Translations under genes and position numbers: made by a program
The notes under the pieces: generated by a model
Databases searched by the model: none
Seen by the model: the letters and a program-made list of their open reading frames with translations, nothing else
What the model was told of the DNA's origin: nothing
From: a virus
Lineage: Duplodnaviria > Caudoviricetes
Virus record (IMG/VR): IMGVR_UViG_3300025137_000108
Location: 1 to 37,403 of that record
Direction: 5' to 3' (one strand)
Length of the DNA: 37,403 nucleotides
Shown here: piece by piece, positions 25,739 through 35,139 of the stretch
Position numbering within the stretch: the first letter of the stretch is position 1
Layout of the letters: every line of letters begins with the position of its first letter

Positions 25739-28700
25739 CTATGCGTTACTAAGATTCATGCCTCTTAAACCTGCGCCTCTCTCTATCTCATCTAATATTT
25801 GATTTGCCGCTTGTGTAGTAGTCATACCGTTAAACGTATTACTCATAATTACTTCTGTGGTAGTTATAAGAGTTTCTACCCCCTGTTGTACTACTTGTTT
25901 AACTAGATTACCTGTTAGTTTGTCAGAAGAAAATCCATAGAATAATTCTTCTCTTGTATTGTTAAAGTTTTGTAGAGCCTCGTCTGCTTCGGTGTACCCA
26001 TCTACCATAGCACCTAACATATTCATTTCTGCTGATGTTAAAGCATCTGCGCCCATTTGTAGACTTTCTAATAAATCAAGAACCCCTTGTCTTGTGGTAA
26101 TATTAGCCTCATCAATCATTTTTGCTAATTCGGGATATTTTTCTGCAAAGGATTCAAAGTCTTTTGAATAATTTTCCATAGCGTTATTAGAATTAGAAAA
26201 AGTAGAATCTCCTATTGTAATATCTTCTGATAAACTAGGCATATTTCTTTCCCACCATGACAACCCATCTTTATATTCTTCTATTGCATTTTTTGTAAGT
26301 GCCGTACTTATATCAGGTAAGTTATTTTCATCATACATTCTTGCTGTCAAAATATCTATTAGCATTTGTTCTTTAGACATTACCTTATCTATTTGTGCTA
26401 TTCTTTCATCTGCGGCGGCAGAATCTTGATTTACTAATGTCTTTCTTTCTGCCGCAAGGTCAGCAAGAGAAGAAGTTAATCCTTTTACCGTTAAAGTTTC
26501 ATCTTTAAGGGCTTCTACTAAATCTTCTGTTGATGCTTTATATATATTTAAATCTGAACTTTGAGATGCAAAGTCCGGTATAGAAGTGTCCCAAACACCT
26601 AACGTCTCTAATACTTTTACCAAAGCAAGACCGGCTACTATTAAAAGAGCGTAAGGCGCAAAGGCTACTACCGCCGCTTTACCCGCCGCTAATATACCAC
26701 CTGCGGCAAAAATGGCCGCACCACCTACTGCGGTAAATGTTGCCGCCTTTATTGTATTGACAGTCGCTACTATACCACTAATACTTATATTTTTAATCAT
26801 GGCTATTCTTTCAGCCATAAATGCTTTTATTTTAATATAGGTTGCTGTTATTAATGCACTTGTAGTAGCAATAATACCTGCTTCTAGTATTATTTTTACC
26901 TTTTTTACCGCATTATTTTTCATTTCGGTAATTGTTTCTATGTTTCTAGCCCCTATAAGACCTTGTATAAGACCTATTTGTTTATAAATAATTACTGATT
27001 CTTGATACCTTGAAAGAGTAACTTTGTTAGTTGCTATTACATTTACTTCTTTTGCCTTTGCTAAACCAAAAAGCGATAATGTTTCTTGCATATTAAGCAT
27101 AATACTTTTACCACTCTCAACAGCATTTAGTTGCATTTGTCTAAACATAGTAACCATACCTGCTATGTTTAACAACATACCAACCCTCATACTTGTTTGA
27201 CCTTTACCAAACATCATCATGGCTGAACCTGCCATCATAAAGTTAGTAGAAAGTTTTTGCATAAGAGAGGCTTCTATGGCTACAGCCTTAATTTTTTCAG
27301 TTCTTAATTCTTGGTCTTTTTGCATAGTTATTGTTTGAGACATACCTATTTTATTCAAAGAGTTATTCATTTTTTCAGCAGTTTGTTCTTGTTCTATACC
27401 TAACGCATTTGTCGCTCTTTTTGTCTCTCTTAAAGTACTGTTTAGTTGGTCTAATTCTGTTTCGTACCCATTAATAATAGGCGTAGTTGTTATTATATGA
27501 TTAGTTAGGTTTTCTTCTGCTTGTTTTGCTTGCTCTAAAGATTCATCAAACTCTTTTACCGCTATTACGGCATTCTTGTATTTATTACTATTTTTATGGG
27601 CTTCTAGGCCGTCTGTAGGCCTTGTACCTAAAAGAGAATGACGAAGTTTTTCAGCCTGTGCGGTTTTTCTTAACTGTTGTTCTTCTCTTCGTAGAGTCTG
27701 TATTTGTAAGTTTGTATTTTCTATATCTCTTTTAGTTACTGTAGCACTTAAGTTTTGGCCTAATATTTTACCTTTTAATTGTTTATTAGTATTATGGAAA
27801 GATGATTGTAATAATAATTCTGCATCTATTTGGGCTTTAGTTAATTCTACCCCATGTTTTGCCGCAAGAGTATTAAACTCTAATCTTTTACTATGTTCTG
27901 TAATTAATGAGTTTAATTGAAACATCAAACTTGTATGACTTTGTAGTACTTGGTTTTTATTACCGTAAGCATTTTGATTAACAATTTCTTCTTGGTTTAA
28001 TGCTCTCATTATTGTTTGTTGGGTTTGGAACGCTACATTTAATGATTGCATATTTACCATTAGATTTACCATAGGTCCTATTAAATCTTTCATTTCAGAA
28101 CCAAAGGCAAACATTTGTCCTATACCTTTACCAAGAATACCATCACTACCTACTATTATGGCTAATTCTTTATTAAAATCAGCGTGTCTATTAGTGGCTT
28201 GTGTTAAAGCGGGCATAAGTCCATACCCGATAGCACCTGTGTAATTTTTAAGTCTTGCTTCCGCTTCCTGTAATTGGAATAAATCTGTATCTCTTCTTCT
28301 TTGTATTTCTTCTAAAGCAGGGGATAATCTCATAAGAGCCTCAAACTCTAACTCTAAAACCCTATTATAGTTTTCGCTTAACTTTAAAAATCTAGTATAA
28401 TGTCTATTACCTGCTACTTGTTGAGCCAATCTTGTTCTTTCAGCAGAAGTTAAATCGGGATATATTTTGTTTAGGTCTTTCATTATATCTGAAAAATCTC
28501 TTAAGTTTCCTTCTGCATCTTTTGTAGCAATACCTAAATTATGGAATGCGTCTGCCGCCCCGTTTGTATTAGCACCTAACCTAGCATATATCATACGCAA
28601 GGCTCTACCACCCTTACCTTGTTCTTCACCGGCCTCAATAAGAACGGCTGACATAGCCGCCATACTAGCAATACTTTGTCCCGTTAAGTGTGCCTGTGAA

Positions 28701-29329
28701 GCGAATTGATTCATAACATAGGTAATCTGTTCCATAGTAGCGGCAGACCTGTTTTCTACTGTGTTAAGTTGGTCGAGAACTTTTATAGAGTTAGCCCTAA
28801 TTTGATTTTGTCTTTCTTGTTCAGAAGCGTTTTCTGCTATACCCTTTGTCATAAAATGAGTTTGTTGTTGTAAGTTAATCATACGTTGCATAGCACCTTC
28901 GGTACTCATACCACTTATTAGACCAAACTGCATACCTAATTCAGTACCTACGCCCATTGTACCCGGACCCATAACACCGCTTAATTGTGCCATTCTAGCA
29001 GATGCTTCAAAGGCTTCGTCAGCCGCAAATCCAAAACTCAAACCTAATTCTGTAACTTCTTGTTGTACTGCTGAGAAATCGTGTGCGGCTGTCAAAAACT
29101 TCTCTAACTCTATTCTTCCTTCTTCTATTTCTCTTGCTACGGGTATTACCGATTCCATAAACGCCCCAAATTGGTCGCCTATGGCTATACCTGCATCTTG
29201 AATACCTGTTACGGCATCAAGCATAATTGCTTGAAACATTACGCTTGCCGCTTTAGCGTCTTTTAGTAGTCTGTTTGCTTGGAATGTACCCATAATGTCG
29301 AATACAATTCGGGATGCACCCTGCGTCAT
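25739..29329 (-). CDS. Tail tape measure protein
   Basis: 1196 aa helical; TMP core (AGEEQGKGGRALRMIYARL...LGIATKDAEGNLRDFSDIMKDL); hydrophobic Ala/Ile-rich segments; follows the chaperone genes. Confidence 0.92.
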   Translation of the reverse strand: MTQGASRIVFDIMGTFQANRLLKDAKAASVMFQAIMLDAVTGIQDAGIAIGDQFGAFMESVIPVAREIEEGRIELEKFLTAAHDFSAVQQEVTELGLSFGFAADEAFEASARMAQLSGVMGPGTMGVGTELGMQFGLISGMSTEGAMQRMINLQQQTHFMTKGIAENASEQERQNQIRANSIKVLDQLNTVENRSAATMEQITYVMNQFASQAHLTGQSIASMAAMSAVLIEAGEEQGKGGRALRMIYARLGANTNGAADAFHNLGIATKDAEGNLRDFSDIMKDLNKIYPDLTSAERTRLAQQVAGNRHYTRFLKLSENYNRVLELEFEALMRLSPALEEIQRRRDTDLFQLQEAEARLKNYTGAIGYGLMPALTQATNRHADFNKELAIIVGSDGILGKGIGQMFAFGSEMKDLIGPMVNLMVNMQSLNVAFQTQQTIMRALNQEEIVNQNAYGNKNQVLQSHTSLMFQLNSLITEHSKRLEFNTLAAKHGVELTKAQIDAELLLQSSFHNTNKQLKGKILGQNLSATVTKRDIENTNLQIQTLRREEQQLRKTAQAEKLRHSLLGTRPTDGLEAHKNSNKYKNAVIAVKEFDESLEQAKQAEENLTNHIITTTPIINGYETELDQLNSTLRETKRATNALGIEQEQTAEKMNNSLNKIGMSQTITMQKDQELRTEKIKAVAIEASLMQKLSTNFMMAGSAMMMFGKGQTSMRVGMLLNIAGMVTMFRQMQLNAVESGKSIMLNMQETLSLFGLAKAKEVNVIATNKVTLSRYQESVIIYKQIGLIQGLIGARNIETITEMKNNAVKKVKIILEAGIIATTSALITATYIKIKAFMAERIAMIKNISISGIVATVNTIKAATFTAVGGAAIFAAGGILAAGKAAVVAFAPYALLIVAGLALVKVLETLGVWDTSIPDFASQSSDLNIYKASTEDLVEALKDETLTVKGLTSSLADLAAERKTLVNQDSAAADERIAQIDKVMSKEQMLIDILTARMYDENNLPDISTALTKNAIEEYKDGLSWWERNMPSLSEDITIGDSTFSNSNNAMENYSKDFESFAEKYPELAKMIDEANITTRQGVLDLLESLQMGADALTSAEMNMLGAMVDGYTEADEALQNFNNTREELFYGFSSDKLTGNLVKQVVQQGVETLITTTEVIMSNTFNGMTTTQAANQILDEIERGAGLRGMNLSNA

Positions 29330-29362
29330 TTTACCACCTCACGCCTATATTCTTTTTTTCAT

Positions 29363-29677
29363 TCATTGTTGAACACTATCTCCACTATCGCCCTTTATAT
29401 GGACCCCGCTATCTCTAAGTGCTTTAAGAACACCCCCACCGTCTGATAAGTGTTTTCTTTGTTCTCTTCTTTGGTCCCTTCTTGCTACTGCACCTTTAGC
29501 ATCTGTCTTTGCATCTTGCGTGGCTTCTTTAATTTTATCGTTTATATCCATAGCAACTAATATATCTAATTGCATTTTATATGCACCGCCTTCGCAGTCA
29601 TATTTATCAAATAGGTCCGAGGGTAAAACCCCCTTGAAGGCCATACATAGAGAGGGGGCTACTCTAATAAAGTCTAT
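29363..29677 (-). CDS. Tail assembly chaperone frameshift extension (gpT-like part of a G-T fusion)
   Basis: -1 frame open from the slippery site (IDFIRVAPSLCMAFKGV...) to the stop at 29363. Confidence 0.8.
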   Translation of the reverse strand: MDFIRVAPSLCMAFKGVLPSDLFDKYDCEGGAYKMQLDILVAMDINDKIKEATQDAKTDAKGAVARRDQRREQRKHLSDGGGVLKALRDSGVHIKGDSGDSVQQ

Positions 29678-29683
29678 AAAGGG
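29627..29683 (-). promoter_or_regulatory. Programmed -1 frameshift signal: slippery heptamer C CCT TTA + candidate pseudoknot
   Basis: GTC CCT TTA TAG; after a 10-nt spacer, stem TAGAG/CTCTA whose loop AGCCCCCT pairs with downstream AGGGGGTT. Confidence 0.8.
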
Positions 29684-30015
29684 ACTGCGCCTTCTTCTAT
29701 ATCGCCTCTAACGAATAGTAAAATATCCTGTAATTCTTCAAAGGTAAGAGTATCTATATCAAAACCTTCTGTTAATATACACTTAGGAATCCATTCTTCT
29801 ATTTGTGATTGCATTCCGCCGCCCATTTCTTCTATTTTATTAGCAAACTCTTCATTTTGTTGTGTAGTCCACTCACTAGGCTCTCCTGCATGACTCATGT
29901 CTCTAAAGGCTCTAGCCTGTATATTAGTTATTTTGAGTTTCGCCATACCCGACGCTTGTTTAACCCAAATCTTACTTCCATCATTTAATTCTATTTCTTT
30001 TTTTAGTACCGGCAT
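29674..30015 (-). CDS. Tail assembly chaperone (gpG-like)
   Basis: 113 aa from ATG 30015 (GAGTGA SD); between tail tube and tape measure; ends in the slippery site. Confidence 0.8.
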   Translation of the reverse strand: MPVLKKEIELNDGSKIWVKQASGMAKLKITNIQARAFRDMSHAGEPSEWTTQQNEEFANKIEEMGGGMQSQIEEWIPKCILTEGFDIDTLTFEELQDILLFVRGDIEEGAVPL

Positions 30016-30133
30016 ATTTATCACTCTTTTTATTTTGTTTAGGTGGTTCCGCCTCGCTTATTAAACGAACTGTTCCATCCTCTTTAATTTCCCAAACACC
30101 TAAAGTGTTTATGAAGGTATTCCTATTATTCAT
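29981..30133 (-). CDS. Small basic protein (50 aa; not in ORF track)
   Basis: Hand translation MNNRNTFINTLGVWEIKEDGTVRLISEAEPPKQNKKSDKYAGTKKRNRIK*; ATGA-coupled to the upstream ORF. Confidence 0.5.
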   Translation of the reverse strand: MNNRNTFINTLGVWEIKEDGTVRLISEAEPPKQNKKSDKYAGTKKRNRIK

Positions 30134-30372
30134 TCTTCTTCATCTACTTTTGGCGTAAAAGAACGAGGCAACGCTTTCATTACTTTATCCCAACCTAAAT
30201 CTATTGCTTGTTCTCTTGTAGGTGTTTCTATTATTCTATATCTTAGTAAACCGAAAGCATAACCTTCTTTTCTTCTTGATTCTTCGCACCACCACCAAAT
30301 ATGTTCAGCAGGGTGTTGCCCTAATGCGGCGGCTAAAACATTTATATCCTTACTTGCTACTAATATTCTCAT
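30130..30372 (-). CDS. Hypothetical protein (80 aa)
   Basis: GAGGTG SD; in the tail operon. Confidence 0.7.
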   Translation of the reverse strand: MRILVASKDINVLAAALGQHPAEHIWWWCEESRRKEGYAFGLLRYRIIETPTREQAIDLGWDKVMKALPRSFTPKVDEEE

Positions 30373-30381
30373 TTTAGCACC

Positions 30382-30516
30382 TCATTGTTTTTTAGATTTT
30401 TTAGTAGCCTTCTTTTTTGGTGCTACTTTCTTTGGTTTGATAAGTTTTTCAACCAATCTACCATCTTTTATTTCTTTAGACCAAATGTTTCCTTCTTTAT
30501 CTTCGTATGTTTCCAT
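30382..30516 (-). CDS. Small Lys-rich protein (44 aa; not in ORF track)
   Basis: Hand translation METYEDKEGNIWSKEIKDGRLVEKLIKPKKVAPKKKATKKSKKQ*; strong GAGGTGA SD. Confidence 0.7.
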   Translation of the reverse strand: METYEDKEGNIWSKEIKDGRLVEKLIKPKKVAPKKKATKKSKKQ

Positions 30517-30526
30517 ATTATTCACC

Positions 30527-31750
30527 TCAGTAACCTATTTGCGGGTATGAAGAGTTAGACAAAGCAGTACCTTGATAACTTATCTCTATTGATTTACCCG
30601 ATACAGGGTTTACTAATGCGGTAAATCCTACTGTCATTGTGTTTGTATCTCTTCCACTAACACCTGCACCTGTTGGTGCGTCAAATCTTAGGTGGAATAA
30701 CTCAATAACCATTTTGTTGGTTGCCGCACCTTCTTCTAAAAACTCTAGTTTCATAACAGAAGTGTCATCGTATGCTTGTGCCGCCGTGCTGTATTCTAGC
30801 CCACCTTCTTGGATTAATGTAGCCCATGTAGGTGCATTTGTTGTAGTTGTATAAACTACTTCGTTAAAATCAATACTACCTGTAATTTCCATTAATTGAG
30901 AAGCAGGTGCAGTACTGTATGTAGAAGAACCTAATCCGTATGCGTTGTCGGTATCTCTATTCATAGAAATATCTAATGATATTCCTTTAATTGTTGCTGT
31001 TGCACTACCATATGAACCATCAGCGTCAGAATTAAAGTAAACATTACCGTTAGCAAAGTGTAAAGCATTTAAAGCCTCACCGGAAAAACTAGGTGTATCT
31101 AATGCCGCTATTGCACTTTCAGCCCTACCTACGAAATCAGCACTTACCATAACGTATTCTCCTACGTTAGCAGTTAGGCTAAAACTATCAACCATCATAC
31201 CTGTAAAGGTGTGTTCTTTTGATTCTCTACCTACTCTTACGGTAAAAGAAGGATAACCAATTTTGTACCATTTTGCGGCAGTAAAAGCCTCGGCACTAGA
31301 AATTGCTGTTATACATCTGTAAACATCTCCTTGATATGTACAGTAAGAATCCGCATTAATAGTATCGGGACCAACCCCACTGTCGGGATAGTTAATAACA
31401 TTAAAAGTACTAGCATTAGTTCTCGCACTAAGAGCGTAAGATGCAGGTTTCATAGTATGTAATTGTGCAGAACCCACTAATGTTCTTTTATCATCGGGTA
31501 AAACACCATGTAAGACGTGTCCTAAGAAATCGTCTATTTGTGCCGCCATATTTATCGTTCCATCTGAATATTCTGTTCCTGTTTGCATTTTTGATGAGAT
31601 TTGTCTACTTATGTCGCTTCTTGAAAGCATATCGAAAGACATAGCAAATGATTCATCATCTACTTCTCCGAATATTTCTGCTGTTGCGCCTGTTCCGTAG
31701 CCGGTTTCTCTATCTAATGAAACATATCTATTATTAAACTCGCTTGTCAT
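30527..31750 (-). CDS. Major tail tube protein with inserted CBM-like domain
   Basis: ETGYG N-terminus; PSFTVRVG...FTGMMVDSFSLTANVGEYVMVSADFVG; EITGSIDF; position upstream of chaperone and TMP. Confidence 0.85.
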   Translation of the reverse strand: MTSEFNNRYVSLDRETGYGTGATAEIFGEVDDESFAMSFDMLSRSDISRQISSKMQTGTEYSDGTINMAAQIDDFLGHVLHGVLPDDKRTLVGSAQLHTMKPASYALSARTNASTFNVINYPDSGVGPDTINADSYCTYQGDVYRCITAISSAEAFTAAKWYKIGYPSFTVRVGRESKEHTFTGMMVDSFSLTANVGEYVMVSADFVGRAESAIAALDTPSFSGEALNALHFANGNVYFNSDADGSYGSATATIKGISLDISMNRDTDNAYGLGSSTYSTAPASQLMEITGSIDFNEVVYTTTTNAPTWATLIQEGGLEYSTAAQAYDDTSVMKLEFLEEGAATNKMVIELFHLRFDAPTGAGVSGRDTNTMTVGFTALVNPVSGKSIEISYQGTALSNSSYPQIGY

Positions 31751-31799
31751 ACTATTACCTCTAGTTAGTACTTACCACCTTGAGAGTCTCTTATCAATA

Positions 31800-32864
31800 T
31801 TATCTATGTCTCATATCTATTCTACGCATATATGTAAGAGTTAATTGGTGTACGCACACGGTTTCGTCATCATCCATTTTAGTATCTAATAAAGCACTAT
31901 AACTTGTAATACTATCTGTAGTAGCCAATACACCTGTTTTTGTGTATAGTTCGTCAAATACCTCACCTAAAATATTCATACCTGTTCTGTATGAGTTTTC
32001 ATAGTTAGTACCTGTTACGACAACATATATTTCTACATCATAATTTTGTGTTATTTTACTACCACCTAAAGAATCAAAAGTAGGAGAGCCTACGTTAGTT
32101 AATAAAATATGGATATTAGGACTTGATAATCTATTTGTCATATCGGAAGATAAATCATAACCGTATATAATACTACTGTTTGGTACTTGGGTTTTTAAAT
32201 ATAATCTTTTAGAGTCTTTTAGTGCTTCTACTATACCTAATCCCATCCTTGATAAAGTATCTTGTGCAAAATCTGAAACCATAAGTTGTTCGGGGTTAAA
32301 AGAACCAAACTTAGAGTAATATACACTAGACCATTTTATAGAACCATTAGTATTACCCCATTGTATGAGTTTAGAAGAACCTGTTGCACCTGTAACAGTA
32401 TAAAAAGCGGTTTCTGCACTATCATTTTGTATAATTTCGTGTGTGTATAATTTTGCTACACCCGTAGAATCTAAAGTTAATCTTAAAACTAATGGTACAG
32501 GGTTTTGTTCCGCTAAAAGTAAATCTAAATCATTTATAGTTGTTGTTGTAGTACCTACTAATTTAAGTGATGTGGCATTACCTGTTCCTTTTACCTCTAC
32601 TTTATGCGTACCATTATCTAATTTTATAAGTACTTCGTTATTATTAGGTGCTGTATTATAAGACAAACAAACAACAAATGTATATGCTGTATTAGTAGTA
32701 GGTGTTATTGTATATGTTCCGTTTGTTATAACCCAATTACCACCGGATGCAGAACCACCACCGGATGCGGCAGTCCAAGCATCTTGAAAATTACCTGTTA
32801 AACCAATAGGGTCTGTACCATTCATTCTACTATTCCAGTATTGTGTAGTTGTTGCTATTGTCAT
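31800..32864 (-). CDS. Tail terminator-like protein with N-terminal lectin/LamG-like beta-sandwich
   Basis: C-terminal SPNIHILL...YDVEIYVVV...ILGEVFDEL terminator-like pattern; Thr/Gly-rich beta N-terminal half; upstream of the tube gene. Confidence 0.55.
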   Translation of the reverse strand: MTIATTTQYWNSRMNGTDPIGLTGNFQDAWTAASGGGSASGGNWVITNGTYTITPTTNTAYTFVVCLSYNTAPNNNEVLIKLDNGTHKVEVKGTGNATSLKLVGTTTTTINDLDLLLAEQNPVPLVLRLTLDSTGVAKLYTHEIIQNDSAETAFYTVTGATGSSKLIQWGNTNGSIKWSSVYYSKFGSFNPEQLMVSDFAQDTLSRMGLGIVEALKDSKRLYLKTQVPNSSIIYGYDLSSDMTNRLSSPNIHILLTNVGSPTFDSLGGSKITQNYDVEIYVVVTGTNYENSYRTGMNILGEVFDELYTKTGVLATTDSITSYSALLDTKMDDDETVCVHQLTLTYMRRIDMRHR

Positions 32865-32866
32865 AA

Positions 32867-33796
32867 TTAAGCCACCTTTCCTTTTAATTTTTCATATCCG
32901 CCTCTTGGACTAGATTTTGCTTTGTATTTTCCTACTTTTTGTGAATACAATTGAGTTAGGCTTTTATTACTTACACCACCAAACTTTCCGCCATCCATTC
33001 TACTACCAAAAATACCTGTAGGTTTATCATTGTTAGTAACTTTAATTATTTTACTTGTATAATTAAAAGACCCAATACCATAAGAAGTTATAGGGTTTAT
33101 AGGTTTACCATATTGTAAAGCCCCTTTTTTCTTTTGATAATAAAATAAAGATTCAGCCAAAGTATCGTATATTCTTGCTTCGCCCCTAAAAGGATTTTTT
33201 CTTATTTTTTCTACTGTTGTACCTGCAAAACTTTGTTTATTTTTAATTTTACTTCTTGTTGTTGTTACAGTTTTTATAGCCAATTCTTTTATTAATTCTT
33301 CTGCTTTTAAATAAACTAACGCACTTATTTCTTTACTTATAATATCAAAAGCCTTTTTATCAAAAAATACACTAAATCCTAATGTATCTTTTTTAGATTG
33401 TTTTCTTGTTATTTGTTCAAAACCATATCTACCCGTTCTATTATCTGTTGAAATAGTAGAGCCTGTTTGATATTTACTTCTTTTAAAAGGGCTTGATGAT
33501 TTATGTACTTGCGAACCGCCTCTTTTTAAATCTGCTCTATTTTTAGTAGAATAACTACCTAGACTTCTTATATATTTTTTAAGTTCTTCTTCTGTTTTAT
33601 TTGCTTCTCTTGCGGCTACTCTAGCGGCCATATCCATTAAAGGTATAGCCGGATAACCCGGATAATAAAGATTTTCTATATCAACAAAAATGCCTTTATT
33701 GTCTTTTTTATTTCCTCTTTTTTTAAGTTGCGAAAACCCACTTTTTTTAGAAGCACTTTTGGTTGTCATACCATAATCAGTTAATTTATTAGCCAT
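32867..33796 (-). CDS. Very basic protein at the neck/tail-completion position
   Basis: Lys-rich, ~309 aa from ATG 33796 (GAGGTG SD); between adaptor and terminator. Confidence 0.5.
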   Translation of the reverse strand: MANKLTDYGMTTKSASKKSGFSQLKKRGNKKDNKGIFVDIENLYYPGYPAIPLMDMAARVAAREANKTEEELKKYIRSLGSYSTKNRADLKRGGSQVHKSSSPFKRSKYQTGSTISTDNRTGRYGFEQITRKQSKKDTLGFSVFFDKKAFDIISKEISALVYLKAEELIKELAIKTVTTTRSKIKNKQSFAGTTVEKIRKNPFRGEARIYDTLAESLFYYQKKKGALQYGKPINPITSYGIGSFNYTSKIIKVTNNDKPTGIFGSRMDGGKFGGVSNKSLTQLYSQKVGKYKAKSSPRGGYEKLKGKVA

Positions 33797-33804
33797 AATA
33801 CACC

Positions 33805-34329
33805 TCAACTAAAAGAGCCAAGATGTGCTAACCTAACTAAATTATTAGTACCTCTCTCTCTTAATACATTACCCCTTAATGTATCTCCGCCTGTATGAAA
33901 TGTGGATTCATCTTCCATATAATATGCCGCCGCTATATCTCCACATATTTCTCTAAGAACGTGAGCAAACTCACCTTGTTGAACCGTAACACCACTTGCG
34001 TGTGCAATAGAAATACCTGTAACGCCTGTTAAATCATTATTAGATTTTGCTGTCCAAGATATTGTATCTCCGTCAATATTACCGCTACCCGCACTAGCGA
34101 AAGCACTTGCGCTAGTTAGTGTTATAGTGGTATCTCCTACCGATACAGCCCCATTAGTGGTAGTTTCTAATACAACAGGATTAGACCTACCATAGTCATT
34201 AAAAACTTGCTCTATTTCAATAGAGGCTCTACGAATTGCTATTTGTAAAGTGTTACCTGCTTGCACCCTTTGTGCGCTATTTAAACCTAGTCTTTGGCCC
34301 ACATCACTTGTAGAACAATAAAATACCAT
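33805..34329 (-). CDS. Head-tail adaptor (Mu gp36/SPP1 gp15-like) with inserted beta domain
   Basis: YCSTSDV..RL...IRRASIEIE...LREICGDIAAAYY. Confidence 0.7.
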   Translation of the reverse strand: MVFYCSTSDVGQRLGLNSAQRVQAGNTLQIAIRRASIEIEQVFNDYGRSNPVVLETTTNGAVSVGDTTITLTSASAFASAGSGNIDGDTISWTAKSNNDLTGVTGISIAHASGVTVQQGEFAHVLREICGDIAAAYYMEDESTFHTGGDTLRGNVLRERGTNNLVRLAHLGSFS

Positions 34330-34501
34330 TTAAACCAATAACCCCTAATAATAATAACGTGTTAAACCAAAGCATACGCTTGTTTGTAGTTTGGTATTCT
34401 TTAAGTGTCTTTTCAATATTACTAACTGTAACAGATGTATTAGCAGTAGTAGAACCTAAATGTTTTACCCAAGTATTCCATTTTTCTATATCGCTAGTCA
34501 T
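34304..34501 (-). CDS. Small coiled-coil protein with C-terminal transmembrane segment
   Basis: MLWFNTLLLLGVIGLNGILLFY hydrophobic tail. Confidence 0.7.
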   Translation of the reverse strand: MTSDIEKWNTWVKHLGSTTANTSVTVSNIEKTLKEYQTTNKRMLWFNTLLLLGVIGLNGILLFYK

Positions 34502-34505
34502 ATTA

Positions 34506-34751
34506 TCACATTTGTGTGGATATACCCATAGCCCCTGCTACTATTGCTATTAAGGTAAAAATAATTTTTTGCATATTACCCATGTATGTCCCTATTAAGC
34601 CGTTAGTTATTTCTAACTCGGTAGCCACTTTAGCAAGACCTGTTTGCATACTAACTTGAGATTGAACCAATTGTTCAATTAGTCTTTCATGTCTTTCGAC
34701 AGTATTCTCTATGTTATCTAATCTTATTGAAATAACATCTGATGCGGCCAC
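34506..34751 (-). CDS. Small coiled-coil protein with C-terminal transmembrane segment
   Basis: RLDNIE..VERHERLIEQL heptads; IIFTLIAIVAGAMGI; GTG start with GGTGAGG SD. Confidence 0.75.
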   Translation of the reverse strand: MAASDVISIRLDNIENTVERHERLIEQLVQSQVSMQTGLAKVATELEITNGLIGTYMGNMQKIIFTLIAIVAGAMGISTQM

Positions 34752-35137
34752 TAAGCCTCACCCATGTGTGCTTCCAATCGAGCCACAAGGTCTGCTTTTT
34801 TGCCTTTTACTGAAAGTCCTGCTTCTTTTAGCATTTCTTTTAATTCAGAAACATTATGAGAATCAAGAGTTTTCTCTATTTTTTCTACTTCTTCTTTTGC
34901 TTCTGCGGCTTTCTCCTTAACCTCGCCTATTGAATCTATAAGTTCATCTAAAGTAATTTTACCATCTGCATTTAGAGTTTTATATTTTTTAATACCCCAA
35001 GCGGCAATACCTAATAATGCGGCTACGGCCAAAAGCACTATTTCTATATCATCAAATAAAGAAGATGATTCTATTGGTATGCAATCTATTGTTTCGTTAA
35101 GTGCGTTTAAGCACATTTCTGTTGTTGTATTATTCAT
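34751..35137 (-). CDS. Membrane-anchored SAP-domain protein with EF-hand-like loop
   Basis: TM IVLLAVAALLGIAAWGI; NADGKITLDE; coiled coil; SAP LDSHNVSELKEMLKEAGLSVKGKKADLVARL. Confidence 0.8.
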   Translation of the reverse strand: MNNTTTEMCLNALNETIDCIPIESSSLFDDIEIVLLAVAALLGIAAWGIKKYKTLNADGKITLDELIDSIGEVKEKAAEAKEEVEKIEKTLDSHNVSELKEMLKEAGLSVKGKKADLVARLEAHMGEA

Positions 35138-35139
35138 AT

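Noticed and set aside
29363-29644. 93-aa ORF as an independent gene
   Set aside because: No SD before its ATG; better explained as the -1 frameshift extension of the chaperone.
32740-32769. Direct repeat ACCACCGGATGC x2
   Set aside because: Encodes a low-complexity ASGG linker; no wider array.
21145-34920. Plus-strand ORFs in the right arm (e.g. 22231-22479, 28467-28709, 30639-30854, 34711-34920)
   Set aside because: Antisense shadows of structural genes.
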